Shown here in pieces: positions 25,803 to 39,040 of a stretch of DNA of 64,000 bases. The notes beneath the pieces were generated by a model that saw only the letters and a list, made by a program, of their open reading frames with translations, was not told the origin of the DNA and searched no databases. This DNA is from Octopus sinensis (Eukaryota). The DNA lies in assembly GCF_006345805.1 (NCBI RefSeq), contig NW_021833449.1, positions 1 to 64,000 of the forward strand, read 5' to 3'. Position 1 is the stretch's first letter. Each line of letters begins with the position of its first letter. A program made the position numbers and the translations under genes.

Positions 25803-26050
25803 CAATTTATCAACAATATTAATATTATTATTATTTTATCAACATTATTATTATTATGATTATCATTATTTTATCAACATTATTATTATTATTATTATTA
25901 TCATTATTATTATTATTATCATTATTATTATTATTATTGTTTACTACTACTACTACCACTACTACCACTACTATTATTGATATTGTTGCAGTTGTTGTTA
26001 TCACCATCATCACCACCACCATCATCATCATCATCATCATCAACAACAAC
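25500..26050. repeat. (TTA)n array with recurrent TTTTATCAACATT motif
   Basis: Direct inspection. Confidence 0.9.
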
Positions 26051-26493
26051 ATCATAACCATCACCATTATTGTGTCTGTTCGTTGCCATTCTTTCTTATT
26101 CGTTGTCTCTTCTCTCGAATTTTTTTCCATAACATTCCCCCACCTTATATAATGGTCTACTTTGACCTTGTCTGACTAAATTATGTATTCTTAAGGAAAA
26201 GAAAAGATCTATTGTATATCTAAATTTGATCTGGCTGTCTCTTTAAATGACTGTTTGTGTCTCTTTTTTTTCAATAAGACTGATTATATATAAACAACGG
26301 AGGACTCTTTCTCTGTCTGTGACTGTGTGTGAGTATGTGAGTGGACACAAGTGTATGTATTCGGGAGTATACGAGAATAGGTACGTGTATGTGTGTGTGT
26401 GTGTATATATGTCTGTTATATATATATATATATATATACATACATATATGTGTGTGTGTGTGAGTGAGTGTATGTGTGTGTACAGAGATAGAC

Positions 26494-26573
<80 letters not shown>

Positions 26574-26714
26574 TTGTGCGTATTATATATATAGACACAC
26601 ATTTATACAGCCATATAATTTTATATATGTATATAATAACATATGCGGTAGAAATATATGTATATATAAGTGTGTTACTATATAAAAGTATATATATAAC
26701 CATACAAACAATCC

Positions 26715-26793
<79 letters not shown>

Positions 26794-27210
26794 CGCATCT
26801 GCATACATACATATGCATAAAGACTACACACATATTGATAGACGTATGCTGATACATACGTATATATGCATAAACATATACACGCATATATGCATATATA
26901 TATATACATATCTATACGCATGTATATATGTATGTATGTATGCATATGTGTATGTATGTATGTATGTATGTATGTATGTATGTATGTATGTATGTATGTA
27001 TGTATGTATGTATGCATGTGTGCGTATACAGAGGTGAAGACACCAGTTCATTATCGATGTATTCAAGACCAGACATTATTGAGATTCTTGCGAGTTGACG
27101 TGGAAAACACTAGCTGAGCATCAATGTCTCTTTCTGTTTATCGATCTATCTATATATTGCAAACACATACACACATTACACACATACGCGTATATATATA
27201 TATATATATA

Positions 27211-27249
<39 letters not shown>

Positions 27250-27462
27250 ATATATATGCGTGCATGTGTATGTGGTTGTATGCTTGTATGTCCATAGGTA
27301 TATGTGTTTGTGTGTGTGTAATAAGATGAATGCCCGCATTGTGTTCACATATTTCCATACATTATCTCATAAATGTGTGTATGTGTGTGTATATATATAT
27401 ATATATATTATATGATATATATATATATATATGTATGTATGTATATATATATATGTATATTT

Positions 27463-27500
<38 letters not shown>

Positions 27501-27978
27501 TTATATATATATATATATATCACTTACCTTCTACCTGTCTATCCACAATCCACCATAACTACACTCTATATTATTTACAAATGTATGTATATTATGCATA
27601 TATTATGTATGTCATAATATAGTGCATATGTTTATTTTCGTGTGTGTGTATATATAAATATGTGCCTTCATGTGTTTGAGTTTGTGTGTGTGTATGAAAT
27701 ATTTGTCATATGATAAGTTTGTGTACTTCCTTGATAATTACTTTATACACGTATCGCTACTGGAGTGCCTATACGCAAATTTATTATCGAGATCATAAAC
27801 TTGCGTTTTGTATATAATTATTGGGACAGTCTTTTATGTTAATGTATATGTTTAAGTGACCGTCTTCAAAAGCTAATTTTTTTAGGCGAAATATATGATC
27901 AGCTAAAGCACACGTTTCGATAATCTTCTAACTAGAACTGAAAAGATATGCCATATATTTTTCAAGTTCAGTATATAT

Positions 27979-28144
27979 GCGCAGATGTGGCGCTGTGACA
28001 AGACGTTTGCTTCCAACCACATGGTTCCCAGTTCAGTTTCATTGCGCATCATCTTGCTCAAGTGATTTTCACCATAGCATCAGGCCGACCAAAGCCTTGT
28101 GAGTGGATTTGCTAGACGGAAAACTGAAAGAAGCCCGTCATATA

Positions 28145-28189
<45 letters not shown>

Positions 28190-28647
28190 CAAAATAGCAA
28201 CAAGAATGACTACCGGAGTCATTCTTGTTGCTTATTTTGATTATAATCACCTCACGGATTTTTATGAATAACACCATACAGAATTCTGGTGCATCTAAAT
28301 AATTACCATATTCATTTGAATCTAAATTTTTGCTGAACATATACATATGTATATATGTATCTTTATGCATATGTATGTTTATGTATATATATGTGTGTGT
28401 TTGTGTGTATGTGTGTATATATATGTTTGCGTATATGTGTTTGTCCCCCCCCCCAACATCGCTTGACAACCGATGCTGGTGTGTTTACATCCCCGTAACT
28501 TAGCGGTTCGCCAATAGAGACCGATAGAATAAGTACTAGGCTTACAAAGAATAAGTCCTGGGGTCGATTAGCTCGACTAAAGGCGGTGCTCCAGCATGGC
28601 CACAGTCACATGACTGAAACAAGTAAAAGAGTAAAAGCGTAAAAGAG
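27979..28647 (+). mobile_element. CORE-like SINE with ~190 bp of extra sequence inserted in its central microsatellite
   Basis: Head 27979-28140, insert ~28187-28340, tail 28440-28647. Confidence 0.85.
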
Positions 28648-28969
28648 TCAAACCAAATAATCACCCACTCGTTCGACACGTTACTTCACTCTACCACTTG
28701 ATTTCTTCTCCAGCTAAATCTAATTCAAGTTAATTAGAATTATCGAAGTAATTATTTTAAAAAAACTCTCCTCGAGTGTCTTAAAAATCTAAGACAATTA
28801 TACCGCCTTTGAGATCACATACAAAAACACTTTGTTGTACTGGTCTGGTATTGAGAGGTCCTCAACTGTTCATCTTATATAAAGAAATCACAAGTAGAAA
28901 TGGAATCTACTGAAATATTCAAAAAAGCATTGCATTAACTCCTAATGATGATACCATCCTAGGATTTAA

Positions 28970-29189
28970 CCCTTTCGTTACTGTATTTATTTTGAGTTGC
29001 TCTGTGTTTCTTTCAATTACTTTAAATATAACAAAGAATTTAGTAAAATAACTTAGATATCATTCAGGTAGTGTTAGGAACATAAATTGAGACTAAGGTT
29101 TGGTGGAAAATTTCAATTCAAAACTTATGGAAACGAAACATTTGTACTCAGAGCCATAGGCGGTTTTAGCCGGGTTGGTATCAAAAGGG
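28970..29189. mobile_element. piggyBac-type MITE
   Basis: TTAA at 28966-69 and 29190-93 flank imperfect TIRs CCCTTTCGTTAC and GTATCAAAAGGG; 220 bp. Confidence 0.75.
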
Positions 29190-29445
29190 TTAAGGGTGCA
29201 TTCGAGAAAGACCAGCTGCTACAAACCCAATCATAGACCAACATCCGGTCGTAAATCGACAACAAATCCGATAGAAAATAAGTGAAGGCGGTGCTCCAGC
29301 ATTGTCGCAGACCTATAAATGAAACGATTAAAAGAATAAAAAAAAAGCGTGTATTTCTTCAGTTGAAGTAGGATTTAGGTGAGACCCTATGAACTGTGTG
29401 TTTAGTGTATAAGAATAAGCCTGATGAGACATTTTATGCTTTCAT

Positions 29446-29690
29446 TCTTTTACTTTTTTTAGTCACTTGAACGCGACCATGCTGGAGCACCGCCTATACT
29501 TGAAGAAATCGCCCCCAGGATTTATTTCTTGTTAGCCTGGTATTCTATCGGTCTCTTTTGCCGAACCGCTAGCTTACGGGGACGTCAGCACACCAACATC
29601 GTTTTGTCAAGCACTCCGACATCGGTGGAGACAAAAACAAAGACACACACACATACACACATAAGTATACATACATAGACACACAAATAC

Positions 29691-29728
<38 letters not shown>

Positions 29729-29820
29729 GACGGGCTTCTTTCAGTTTCCGTCTGCCAAATCTACCCACAAAGCTTTGGTCGGCTCAAGGCTATAGTAGAA
29801 GACACTTTCCCAAGGTGTCA
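29446..29820 (-). mobile_element. CORE-like SINE, 5'-truncated
   Basis: Reverse complement of the family tail and mid-region. Confidence 0.8.
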
Positions 29821-30577
29821 GGTGGATATTTTGCTTTGCCTCTACTCTCTTGTCTATAACTCTTGTTGCACACTTGACATGTAATGATAAATTGTACAGA
29901 GCGAAACTTGATCGTCCAGGCATGCTGTCTTCTCAGCACTTTCCAATTCATTGTAGATTTCCGGTCGGGAAAACACGTGAGGAAAGAAACAGAGGATTTG
30001 GTCAGAGCGAGATAGTTGCTGTTCCTCTGCATATTTCAATAGGGATAGGAGTGCAGAGTGTAAGATAGATTAAGAAGATAGAAAGAAAAATAACGTGGAA
30101 ATACAAAGGGATATATAGACAGACATATTGGAGAGGGAGATAGGGAAATAAATGCAATGTGTAATATTTAAGGTTTTCATAAAGAATCGTAACATGGATT
30201 GAAGTTTGTTCTAAAACTCCAATTTGGTGTATAATGAGCTACAATTTCAACATAGCTAGTCTCCGGGCAAATTTCATGCAATTTGCATAAACTGCAGTTA
30301 CAAAAACAACAAGAACAACAGCAGTATTTGTTTTGTTGTTGCTGTTGTTATTGCTATGATAATATGTAATGATAATAATTATTGTATAATTCGTTTGCCT
30401 ATTTTAGTAAAGATTTAATTAAATTACTTTTCACACATATTTAATTATATTTTAATTTCTCCTCTATTTGCACAAAAACTATTATTCGTTAATCTGTTTC
30501 TCCTTTTCCATAATTTTCAGTTCTAATTCTTCCCAACATATCTATCTATCTATCTATCTATCTATCTACCTATCTAC

Positions 30578-30625
<48 letters not shown>

Positions 30626-30803
30626 TTCTATATATATCATAGAGAGAGAGAGAGAGAAAGAGAAAGAAATAGTCGATTCCCAATAAATATTTCAACTATC
30701 AATCTATCCAATTGTTTATCTACCTACATACGTACGTGCGTACGCACCCATACATACCAACCCACTACATTCTAGCGGCCAGTCTATCTTTTTTATATCA
30801 CAT

Positions 30804-30851
<48 letters not shown>

Positions 30852-30903
30852 ACCCCGTCGTATATATAATATATATATATATATTATATATATCATATAT
30901 ATA

Positions 30904-30950
<47 letters not shown>

Positions 30951-30955
30951 ACATA

Positions 30956-31003
<48 letters not shown>

Positions 31004-31004
31004 C

Positions 31005-31200
31005 ATATATGGCCAGGTTGTCACTCATCTGTCTCGCTTTATGACTATGAAGATGACTCTTGAGTCCAGCTTTACTGAGGCAGGGTCTTGCACAGGCACT
31101 GCATGTCAGCATCATAGGAAGACCCTTCCCATCGGGAAGTGTAACAGCGATGCCCTTCGTGACAGCCCTCCTTACTTTCTCATGCGCAAATCGAGATTTA
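31005..31200 (-). mobile_element. RTE/BovB-like LINE C-terminal fragment with C2H2 finger
   Basis: Translates as ...LTCSACARPCLSKAGLKSHLHSHK. A terminal CxxC..HxxxH finger is typical of RTE ORF ends. Embedded between (TA)n and (TACA)n. Confidence 0.6.
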
Positions 31201-31529
31201 CATACATACATTCATACATACATACATACATACATACATACATACATACATACATACATACATACATACGCTTGAATAGGTTCTTCTAAACATGCACGTA
31301 TGCAGTTATATATACATATCTCTACATCATAATTTTAATGTATTTCTTGAAAAGATGAATATTCAGAAATTTTCTCCCTATCTGTGTTGCATTTTGTGAG
31401 TATATGTATGCCTCTATGTATATGTGAGAGTATGTGCGTGCATGTGTATGTGTGTGTGCGTGCGTGTGTATTTAAAAAGAAGAGACAGGGAGAGGGAACG
31501 ACTAAATCATAGATAAAGAGAGCGAGAGA

Positions 31530-31532
31530 AAC

Positions 31533-31623
<91 letters not shown>

Positions 31624-31624
31624 C

Positions 31625-31715
<91 letters not shown>

Positions 31716-31779
31716 CAGATAGATAGATAGATAGATAGATAGCTAGATAGATAGACAGAAAGAAAGTCAGAGAGACAGG

Positions 31780-31860
<81 letters not shown>
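31530..31860. repeat. (GATA)/(GACA)n array
   Basis: Direct inspection. Confidence 0.97.
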
Positions 31861-32304
31861 CAAAAGTTTACGTTAACATTACGCATGTTTAATTATAAAA
31901 TTTATAAGCAACAACAAACAGCTAGTGATGAAAAGATCCAATATTTTTAGAAGAGTCGAACTTCTTCATCGATTAGTGCCTCCACACTGACTTCAAACGT
32001 ATCATTGATGTATTTCAACCATGTTGCATCCTTGTTGGAAAGGAAAGCTTTACGACATGCATTTTACTATCTATATCGCTATCATATTTTCTTTCTAATT
32101 CCAGTGCTTTGCAGAGGTGTGGCTTTGAAATTGACTGGCTAAAACCTACAAAAACAAATTGGCTGAGTTTTCATCTCTTGGATCTGAGGATACTCAAACG
32201 GTTAATTGTTGCTTTACAGGTACTATTGAAGAAAGAGTTTATTCTGATTTCTTTTGCTGTTACGCTGTTTGATATATTTTAGCGACACTCACATATTCGT
32301 TCGC

Positions 32305-32466
32305 ACAAGGCCCGAAATTTTGGGAGAGAGGGCCAGTCGATTAGATCGACCCCAGTACGCAACTGGTACTTAATTTAACGACTCCGAGGTCGACTTTGCC
32401 TTTCATCCTTTCGGAGTCGATAAATTAACTAACAGTTACGCACAGGGGTCGATGTATTCGACTTAA
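32305..32466. mobile_element. Two oppositely oriented fragments of the Nin/Deu-domain-like SINE joined as a fold-back
   Basis: Arms 32335-32387 and 32411-32463 are reverse complements with ~6 mismatches. Confidence 0.8.
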
Positions 32467-32935
32467 CCCCTAGCTGTCATCTCGCACCAAAATAAATAAA
32501 AAATAAACCAGAAACCAGAAACAATTCTTCTCCTGAGGTTAGATTTTAAATTCCCTTCAAACTTCCTTCGCATGATGTATTCTTTACGTTTATGTAAACT
32601 TTCTTTTGGGTTCTCAGAGAAATTCCATCGCATTTTTTACCTTCTCGCCTTGGTACTCCCTCGTCATATGACTAAAACGAAGTAAGATATATTGTAGAGG
32701 AAAAATAAAAAGTGCTACAAAAAACGCATAAAACTCTACTATAAAAAATATTTTACGCGTTGGTACAAATGAACCAAAAGGATTAAATTGAATGGAAAAA
32801 AAAATTAGATGAATTCGGGTTTATTTTCTACATAGATTTTATATCGTTGCTATCATAATGAAGCAAGTTGTAAGTCATCACATATACTTTTTTTCATTTT
32901 TCCTTTTTGGGTAAATTTATTAAGAGTTTCGTATT

Positions 32936-33230
32936 TGTTGTTGTTTGCTCCTTGTTGAGCCATGCCTGGCTCACAAGGGCCGGTTTCCCGGATTTATTGG
33001 CCTATAGGTTCCCCACCTAGAAGCGACGCCGGTCCGTCACAGGTGAGCTGTTAGATGCAGGAGGAAAGAATGAGAAAAAATTGTGGAGAAAGAGTCAGCA
33101 AAGGTTCGCCATTACCTTCTTCCAGGGGCGCGTGGAGCTTAGGTGCTTCGCTCATAAACACACATACCGCTCGGTCTGAGATACGAACCTGCGATCAATC
33201 GAGCTCTAACCACTAGGCCATGTACTTCCA
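32936..33230 (-). mobile_element. tRNA-derived SINE (OR-like head, tail A), diverged
   Basis: Homologous to 1116-1393. Confidence 0.8.
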
Positions 33231-33925
33231 CCGAATTTCGTATAAGTGTCATTATTAAATTTTAAAACTTTTCGTTTCCTAAAGGTTACAAGTTTTTCTC
33301 AAATATTCAGTTGCTGCGATGCCTTAACTATTTCAGTTTATGTTGAAAATACATTCTTAAATTCTTAATTTTAATGTGTTGAACATGTTCCCTAATTTCT
33401 TTTCAAAATTCCCCAAACCATTTATCCGTGGTTGGCATCTGAAAGTTATTGTGCAGTATTTTCTCATTTTTGATGGGTAATACCTGTATATTGGGGAAAA
33501 AGTCCTTTGTATGACCGCCTCCACCGTATTGATAAGTTGCATAATATACGACTTATTCGTGGATATCGAAATATATTTTTATCTTCAAGCATTCCACGAT
33601 ACATACATACATACAAGTTTTATCTTCAAACTATCTTCAAGGAGTAATATTGGTTTCCAATTTTGGCACAAAGCCAGAAAGTTTGGGGAAGGATGTAAGT
33701 CCAGGACATCGACCCCAGTGATCAAATGGTGCGTAATTTATTGATTCTGAGAGGATGTAAAGCAAAGACGACCTCGGCGGAATTTGCACTCAGAACATAA
33801 AGACGAACGAAATGCCGCAGAGCTTTTTGTCCAGCGTGCTAACGATTCTGCCGATTCTATAAAAGCAACACTATCATCATCACCACCAGCACTCCAACCA
33901 CCACCTTTATATTCTGTTCTACTCT

Positions 33926-34311
33926 AGGCACAAGGCCCGAAATTTTGGGAGACGGGGCCAGTCGATTAGATCGACCCCAGTACGCAAATGGTACTTAATT
34001 TAACGACTCCGAAAGAATGAAAGGCAAGGTCGACCTCAGTGGAATTTGAACTCAGAACGTAACGGCAGACGAAATACCTATTTCTTTATTAGCCACAAGG
34101 GGCTAAACACAGAGAGGACAAACAAGGACTGACAAACGGATTAAGTCGATTATATCGACCTCAATGCATAACTGGTACTTATTTAATCGACCCCGAAAGC
34201 ATGAAAGGCAAAGTCGACCTCGGGGGAATTTGAACTCAGAACGTAATGGCAGACGAAATACGGCTACGCATTTCGCCTGGTGTGCTAACGTTTCTGCCAG
34301 TTCACCGCCTT
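33926..34311 (-). mobile_element. Nin/Deu-domain-like SINE dimer: head, 184-bp unit, then a second body with a different tail
   Basis: Unit 34078-34261 is bounded by GTATTT on the minus strand. The domain GAGGTCGACTTTGCCTTTCATCCTTTCGGGGTCGAT resembles the Nin/Deu SINE core. Confidence 0.85.
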
Positions 34312-35178
34312 AACCACCGCCCTTATATTTGCACATACTTGATTGGGGCTTCTGCGTGGCTGTTTGTCTCCCAAGAAATAGTTGTTATTTTGCACCAAAA
34401 TAAACAAGAAACCAGAAACAAGAACATTTATATCCTGAAAACGGGAGAGAAACAATAGAGAAATAGTTCTAGATATACAGAAACGTGAAGGCCATGGGTG
34501 GAATCGATTTGATAAAAAGCTTGCTCGATCGGGATGGACATGGAGCTAACCACCTCAGCCGCTTTCAGCATCAACAACGACAACAGCAACATCATTACGA
34601 ATTAACAAACAATCAATTTCATAACCACCAAACCTGCTCCTAATAGGCGTTATAGTTATTGTTGGCATTGCTTGAATCATAGCTCTTCTAAACCAGTTCT
34701 GTCCGAGGGTTAAATAACATCAAAAACAATCTCAGCAACTCCCTCACAGACTACCAATATCAGAAAACACCACCAAAGCCGGATTCTCTACGTGGTTGCT
34801 CTATCGACAGAGGAGCCAAATCTTCTTCAAATCACAAGAGCACTATCGTAAAATAAAAAAAAGGACACGTTTGATAATGTGATACTACATTGCCTGTAGA
34901 AAGAAGAAAAAAAGATGAGAAGGTCATGGGTGGAAGTCTTTTGATCCTATGCCTGTTCCTGTCTGATTAGAGCTGATATGGAGCTTAACAACAGCAACCA
35001 CAGCTACAAAAACACCGTATCAGTCATTGCCATTTCCACAATTACTATCGAATGAAACCACAAGCACTCGATGTCATAGACAGAATCGCAATCACCACCA
35101 CCACTACCACCACCACCACAAAATCACTGATACTTCTACTAACGCCACCATACAATGACCACCACCATCAACAACAAC

Positions 35179-35209
<31 letters not shown>

Positions 35210-35271
35210 ACAACAACCACAGTAACAGTAACATAAGGTTCGTTATTATCAATGAATATTTCTACTAACAG

Positions 35272-36180
35272 AGACGGCGAGCTGGCAGAAACGTTAGCAC
35301 GCCGGGCGAAATGCGTAGCCGTATTTCGTCTGCCGTTACGTTCTGAGTTCAAATTCCGCCGAGGTGGACTTTGCCTTTCATCCTTTCGGGGTCGATTAAA
35401 TAAGTACCAGTTGCGCACTGGGGTCGATGTAATCGACTTAATCCGTTTGTCTGTCCTTGTTTGTCCTCTCTGTGTTTAGCCCCTTGTGGGTAGTAAAGAA
35501 ATAGGCATTTCGTCTGCCGTTACGTTCTGAGTTTAAATTCCGCCGAGGTCGACTTTGCCTTTCATCCTTCCGGGTTCGATTAAATAAGTACCAGTTACGC
35601 ACTGGGGTCGATATAATAGACTTAATCCGTTTGTCTGTCCTTGTTTGTCCTCTCTGTGTTTAGCCCCTTGTGAAAATGCTTAGCTGCATTTCGTCCGTAT
35701 TTACGCCGAGGTCGACTTTACCATTCATCCTTTGGGGATCGATAAAATAAGTACCAGTTGAGTGCAGGGGTCGATGTATAAAACTGACGTATACCCTGCC
35801 CCGAATTTGCTGGCCTTTTACCAAAGTTTAAAATCGATATTACGGTGGATTGTATAAGGTGCCGAACTGGCAGAATCGTTACCGTGCCGGATGAAATGCT
35901 TAGTGGCATTTCGTCCGTCATTACGTTCTGAATTCAAATTCCGCCGAGATAGTTTTAGCTTTCATTCTTTCGGGGACCTGCATCTACAGTGCCACCCATG
36001 TGTGTGCATGGGTGGCACTGTCCTACGCCTGTAAGTGGGGATGTGTTAAAGAGCGACTCTATGTGAACCAGTTCAGTGGCATCAGTGTAGATGCAGGTTG
36101 AGTATTGGGGTCGATGTAACCGACATGAACCCCACCCCTAAAATTGCTGGACTTGTGCCAAAATGTGAAACCGCTATTAC
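35272..36180 (+). mobile_element. Cluster of Nin/Deu-like SINEs: head plus two tandem units (35321-35504, 35505-35672), plus older copies
   Basis: Direct alignment by eye to the 37247-37430 unit. Confidence 0.85.
35976..36098. mobile_element. 123-bp micro-element with 13-bp TIRs and a perfect 15-bp hairpin, inserted in a SINE
   Basis: ACCTGCATCTACA (35976-88) and TGTAGATGCAGGT (36086-98); hairpin ACAGTGCCACCCATG-tgtgtg-CATGGGTGGCACTGT (35986-36021). Confidence 0.65.
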
Positions 36181-37194
36181 GGTGGACTGTCAATATGCTT
36201 AGAGCTTCGTACAAAACATCATATGGTATTTTGTTGTCAATCTCTGCATTCTGAGTTCGAATCTGACTGCCCGAGTGCCGACATTGCGCTTCATTCTTCC
36301 AAAGTATCAATAAAATCAATGCTTCCAAAATATCACATACGATGTAACCGATAACTCACCCACGCATAAAGTTTGCTATTCATATTGTTATTATAGTTTA
36401 GCCCTAGGACAACTACCATTTACCAGACCTAAGACCAAAGACATTTCATCTGGGACCATGGTTTTGGTTCCTGTTTTTTTAAATGTTTTTTGTTTGCAAG
36501 GAAACATTACATAACGTTTTCTTTATTCAGGCCTAGGCTAAGGTTTGCGGGACTTTTGGCTGCTATTTCTAGCGTGTTGTGCTGCTAAATAGTTTTGGCG
36601 TTGTTGGTATAGTGGTGGTTAGTGGTGGCCTTAGTGGTAGTGGGGGTGGGAAACGAGGTTATTGCTGCTACTGCGTCTGCTGCTGCTGGTGAGTGATGCT
36701 GTTGGTGGATGTGAGATAATAATTAATTTTAAAACAAAAAAAAAATAATAATAATATTCTCCGCGCATCTAAGAAAAGAAAAAAATACAAACAAAAAATA
36801 ACAAACAAAACCCAAACAAATTCTACAGAAAACAATAACACCAATACCAGCTACAAAAACGTAAAAAAGTCTATTAACATAAAAATTGTGAAAGAGATAA
36901 TTTGATTAAATTTAATGAAAATGAAAAGAATGTTTCTGAGAAAATCGGATTAAGCTTTTTGACATGGAAAACATCTAAACATTCCACAGACGATGCCAAT
37001 GATTTGGAGATTTATAAAGAAATATGAAGAATATGAAGAATATAGTTTCAGAAATATGTTAGAAACTTTTCCGATAGTGTTCTTTTTGTTTTTGTTTTTG
37101 TTTGTTTGTATATTGTGTTTGTCTGTCTATCTGTCTATCTGTCTACTTACGTTGTTTGCCCATAGTGTCCACGTGTTTGTCAGACTATCGATCT

Positions 37195-37790
37195 AAGGGC
37201 GGCGAGCTGGCAAAAAACGTTAGCACTCCGGACGAAATGCGTAGCCGTATTTCGTCTGCCGTTACGTTCTGAGTTCAAATTCCGCCGAGGTAGACTTTGC
37301 CTTTCATCCTTTCGGGGTCGATTAAATAAGTACCAGTTACGCACTGAGGTTGATGTAATCGACTTAATCCGTTTGTCTGTCCTTGTTTGTCCTCTCTGTG
37401 TTTAGCCCCTTGAGGGTAATAAAGAAATAGGTATTTCATCTGCTGTTACGTTCTGAGTTCAAATTCCGCCGAGGTCGACTTTGCCTTTCATCCTTTCGGG
37501 GTCGATTAAATAAGTACCAGTTACGCACTGGAGTCGATATAATCGACTTAATCCGTTTGTCTGTCCTTGTTTGTCCTCTCTGTGTTTAGCCCCTTGTGGG
37601 TAATAAAGAAATAGGTATTTCGTCTGCCGTTACGTTCTGAGTTCAAATTCCGCCGAGGTAGACTTTGCCTTTTTATCCTTTCGGGGTCGATTAAATAAGT
37701 ACCAGTTACGCACTGGGGTCGATATAATCGACTTAATCCGTTTGTCTGTCCTTGTTTGTGTTTAGCTCCTTGTGGGTAGTAAAGAAATAG
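37195..37790 (+). mobile_element. Nin/Deu-like SINE concatemer: one head plus three tandem units (184, 184, 176 bp)
   Basis: Units start at 37247, 37431 and 37615, each GTATTTC...AAAGAAATAG; followed by a (TCTG)/(TCTA) microsatellite. Confidence 0.92.
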
Positions 37791-38252
37791 ATCTGTCTGT
37801 CTCTCTGTCTATCTTCAATCAATCTATCTATCTATTTCTCTGTCTCTTTCTCTCTCTCTCCCTATCAATCAATCTATCTCTCTTTCTCTCCCTCTCTCTC
37901 TCTCTCTCTCTTTCTTTCTCTCTTTTCCTACCTACCTATCTATCTATCCCTTTATCTATCTGTCTCTCTGTCTATTTATTTGAACCAAACAGCTTCTTAT
38001 CCCCTGCAAGAGGCTATCCACTACACAAAAGACAGTATCAGAAATATTAGTAAAGAGATAAGCAATTGGAAAGCAGCAGGACCTAATAGTGTACAGGGAT
38101 TTTGGATATAAAAAAAATACAACAGTTGTCATAAGTTGATCGCAAAGCAATTTAATGCATTGATCGATGGAGAAAAAGAAATTCTGGGCTGGTTTACAAA
38201 AGGACGAACGATATTGTATCTGAAGGATATAAGGGCGAACGGTATTGTATCT

Positions 38253-38486
38253 AAGGCGGCGAGCTGGCAGAAACGTTTGCACACCGGGAGAAATGCTTAG
38301 CTGTATTTCGTCTGCCGCTCCGTTCTGAGTTCAAATTCCGCCGAGGTCGACTTAGCCTTTCATCGTTTCGTGGTCGATTAAATAATTACCAGTTACGCAC
38401 TGGGGTCGATATAATCGACTTAGTCCGTTTGCCTGTCCTTGTTCGTCCCTTCTGTGTTTAGTCCCTTGTGGGTAGTAGAGAAATAG
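38253..38486 (+). mobile_element. Monomeric Nin/Deu-like SINE with an 11-bp TSD
   Basis: GTATTGTATCT (38242-52) and GTATTGTAGCT (38487-97). Confidence 0.85.
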
Positions 38487-39040
38487 GTATTGTAGCTGAA
38501 GGATACATCAAAGGAAAATGCTGCTGACAATTACAGTCCAATTTCCTACTTTCCATTAATGTGGAAGTTACTGCCAGGAGAAATCGCAGAAGAACTGTGT
38601 AAATTTCCGGATGAGAACGATATATTACCGATGGAACAAAAAGGCTGTAGAGGGAGACGCAGAGGTCCCAAAGATCAATTATGCAAGATTCTAGACGAAG
38701 GAGAACAAATCTGGATATTGCCTGGATTGACTATCGCAAGGCTTATGATGTGATTCCACATTCGTGGATCATCGCGTGCTGAAATCTGTTTGGAATTGCG
38801 AGGAAGGCAACGCGTTTCCTGAAGAGAAGAATGATGAGATGCGAAACTGACCTGACATCTTACAGAAAAATCTTGGGCACACGGGGTATCAGAAGAGAGT
38901 GATAGCTTATTTCCGTTGGTACTTATGAAAATTACCCTGGAGTATCAACTTAAGGAAAAAAATCCAAAGCAATCAGGCCCCTCCACTCCATGGATGATTT
39001 GAAACTCTATGGCAAAGATAAAACACAAGTGAGTTCCTTG

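Noticed and set aside
31955-32200. Protein-like minus-strand stretch ACRKAFLSNKDATWLKYINDTFEV...
   Set aside because: Short, with upstream stops, no convincing splice acceptor and no recognisable domain.
37247-37790. 184-bp tandem units as a retrozyme or CRISPR-like array
   Set aside because: No CTGANGA...GAAA hammerhead core on either strand of the unit and no unique spacers; it is a SINE body.
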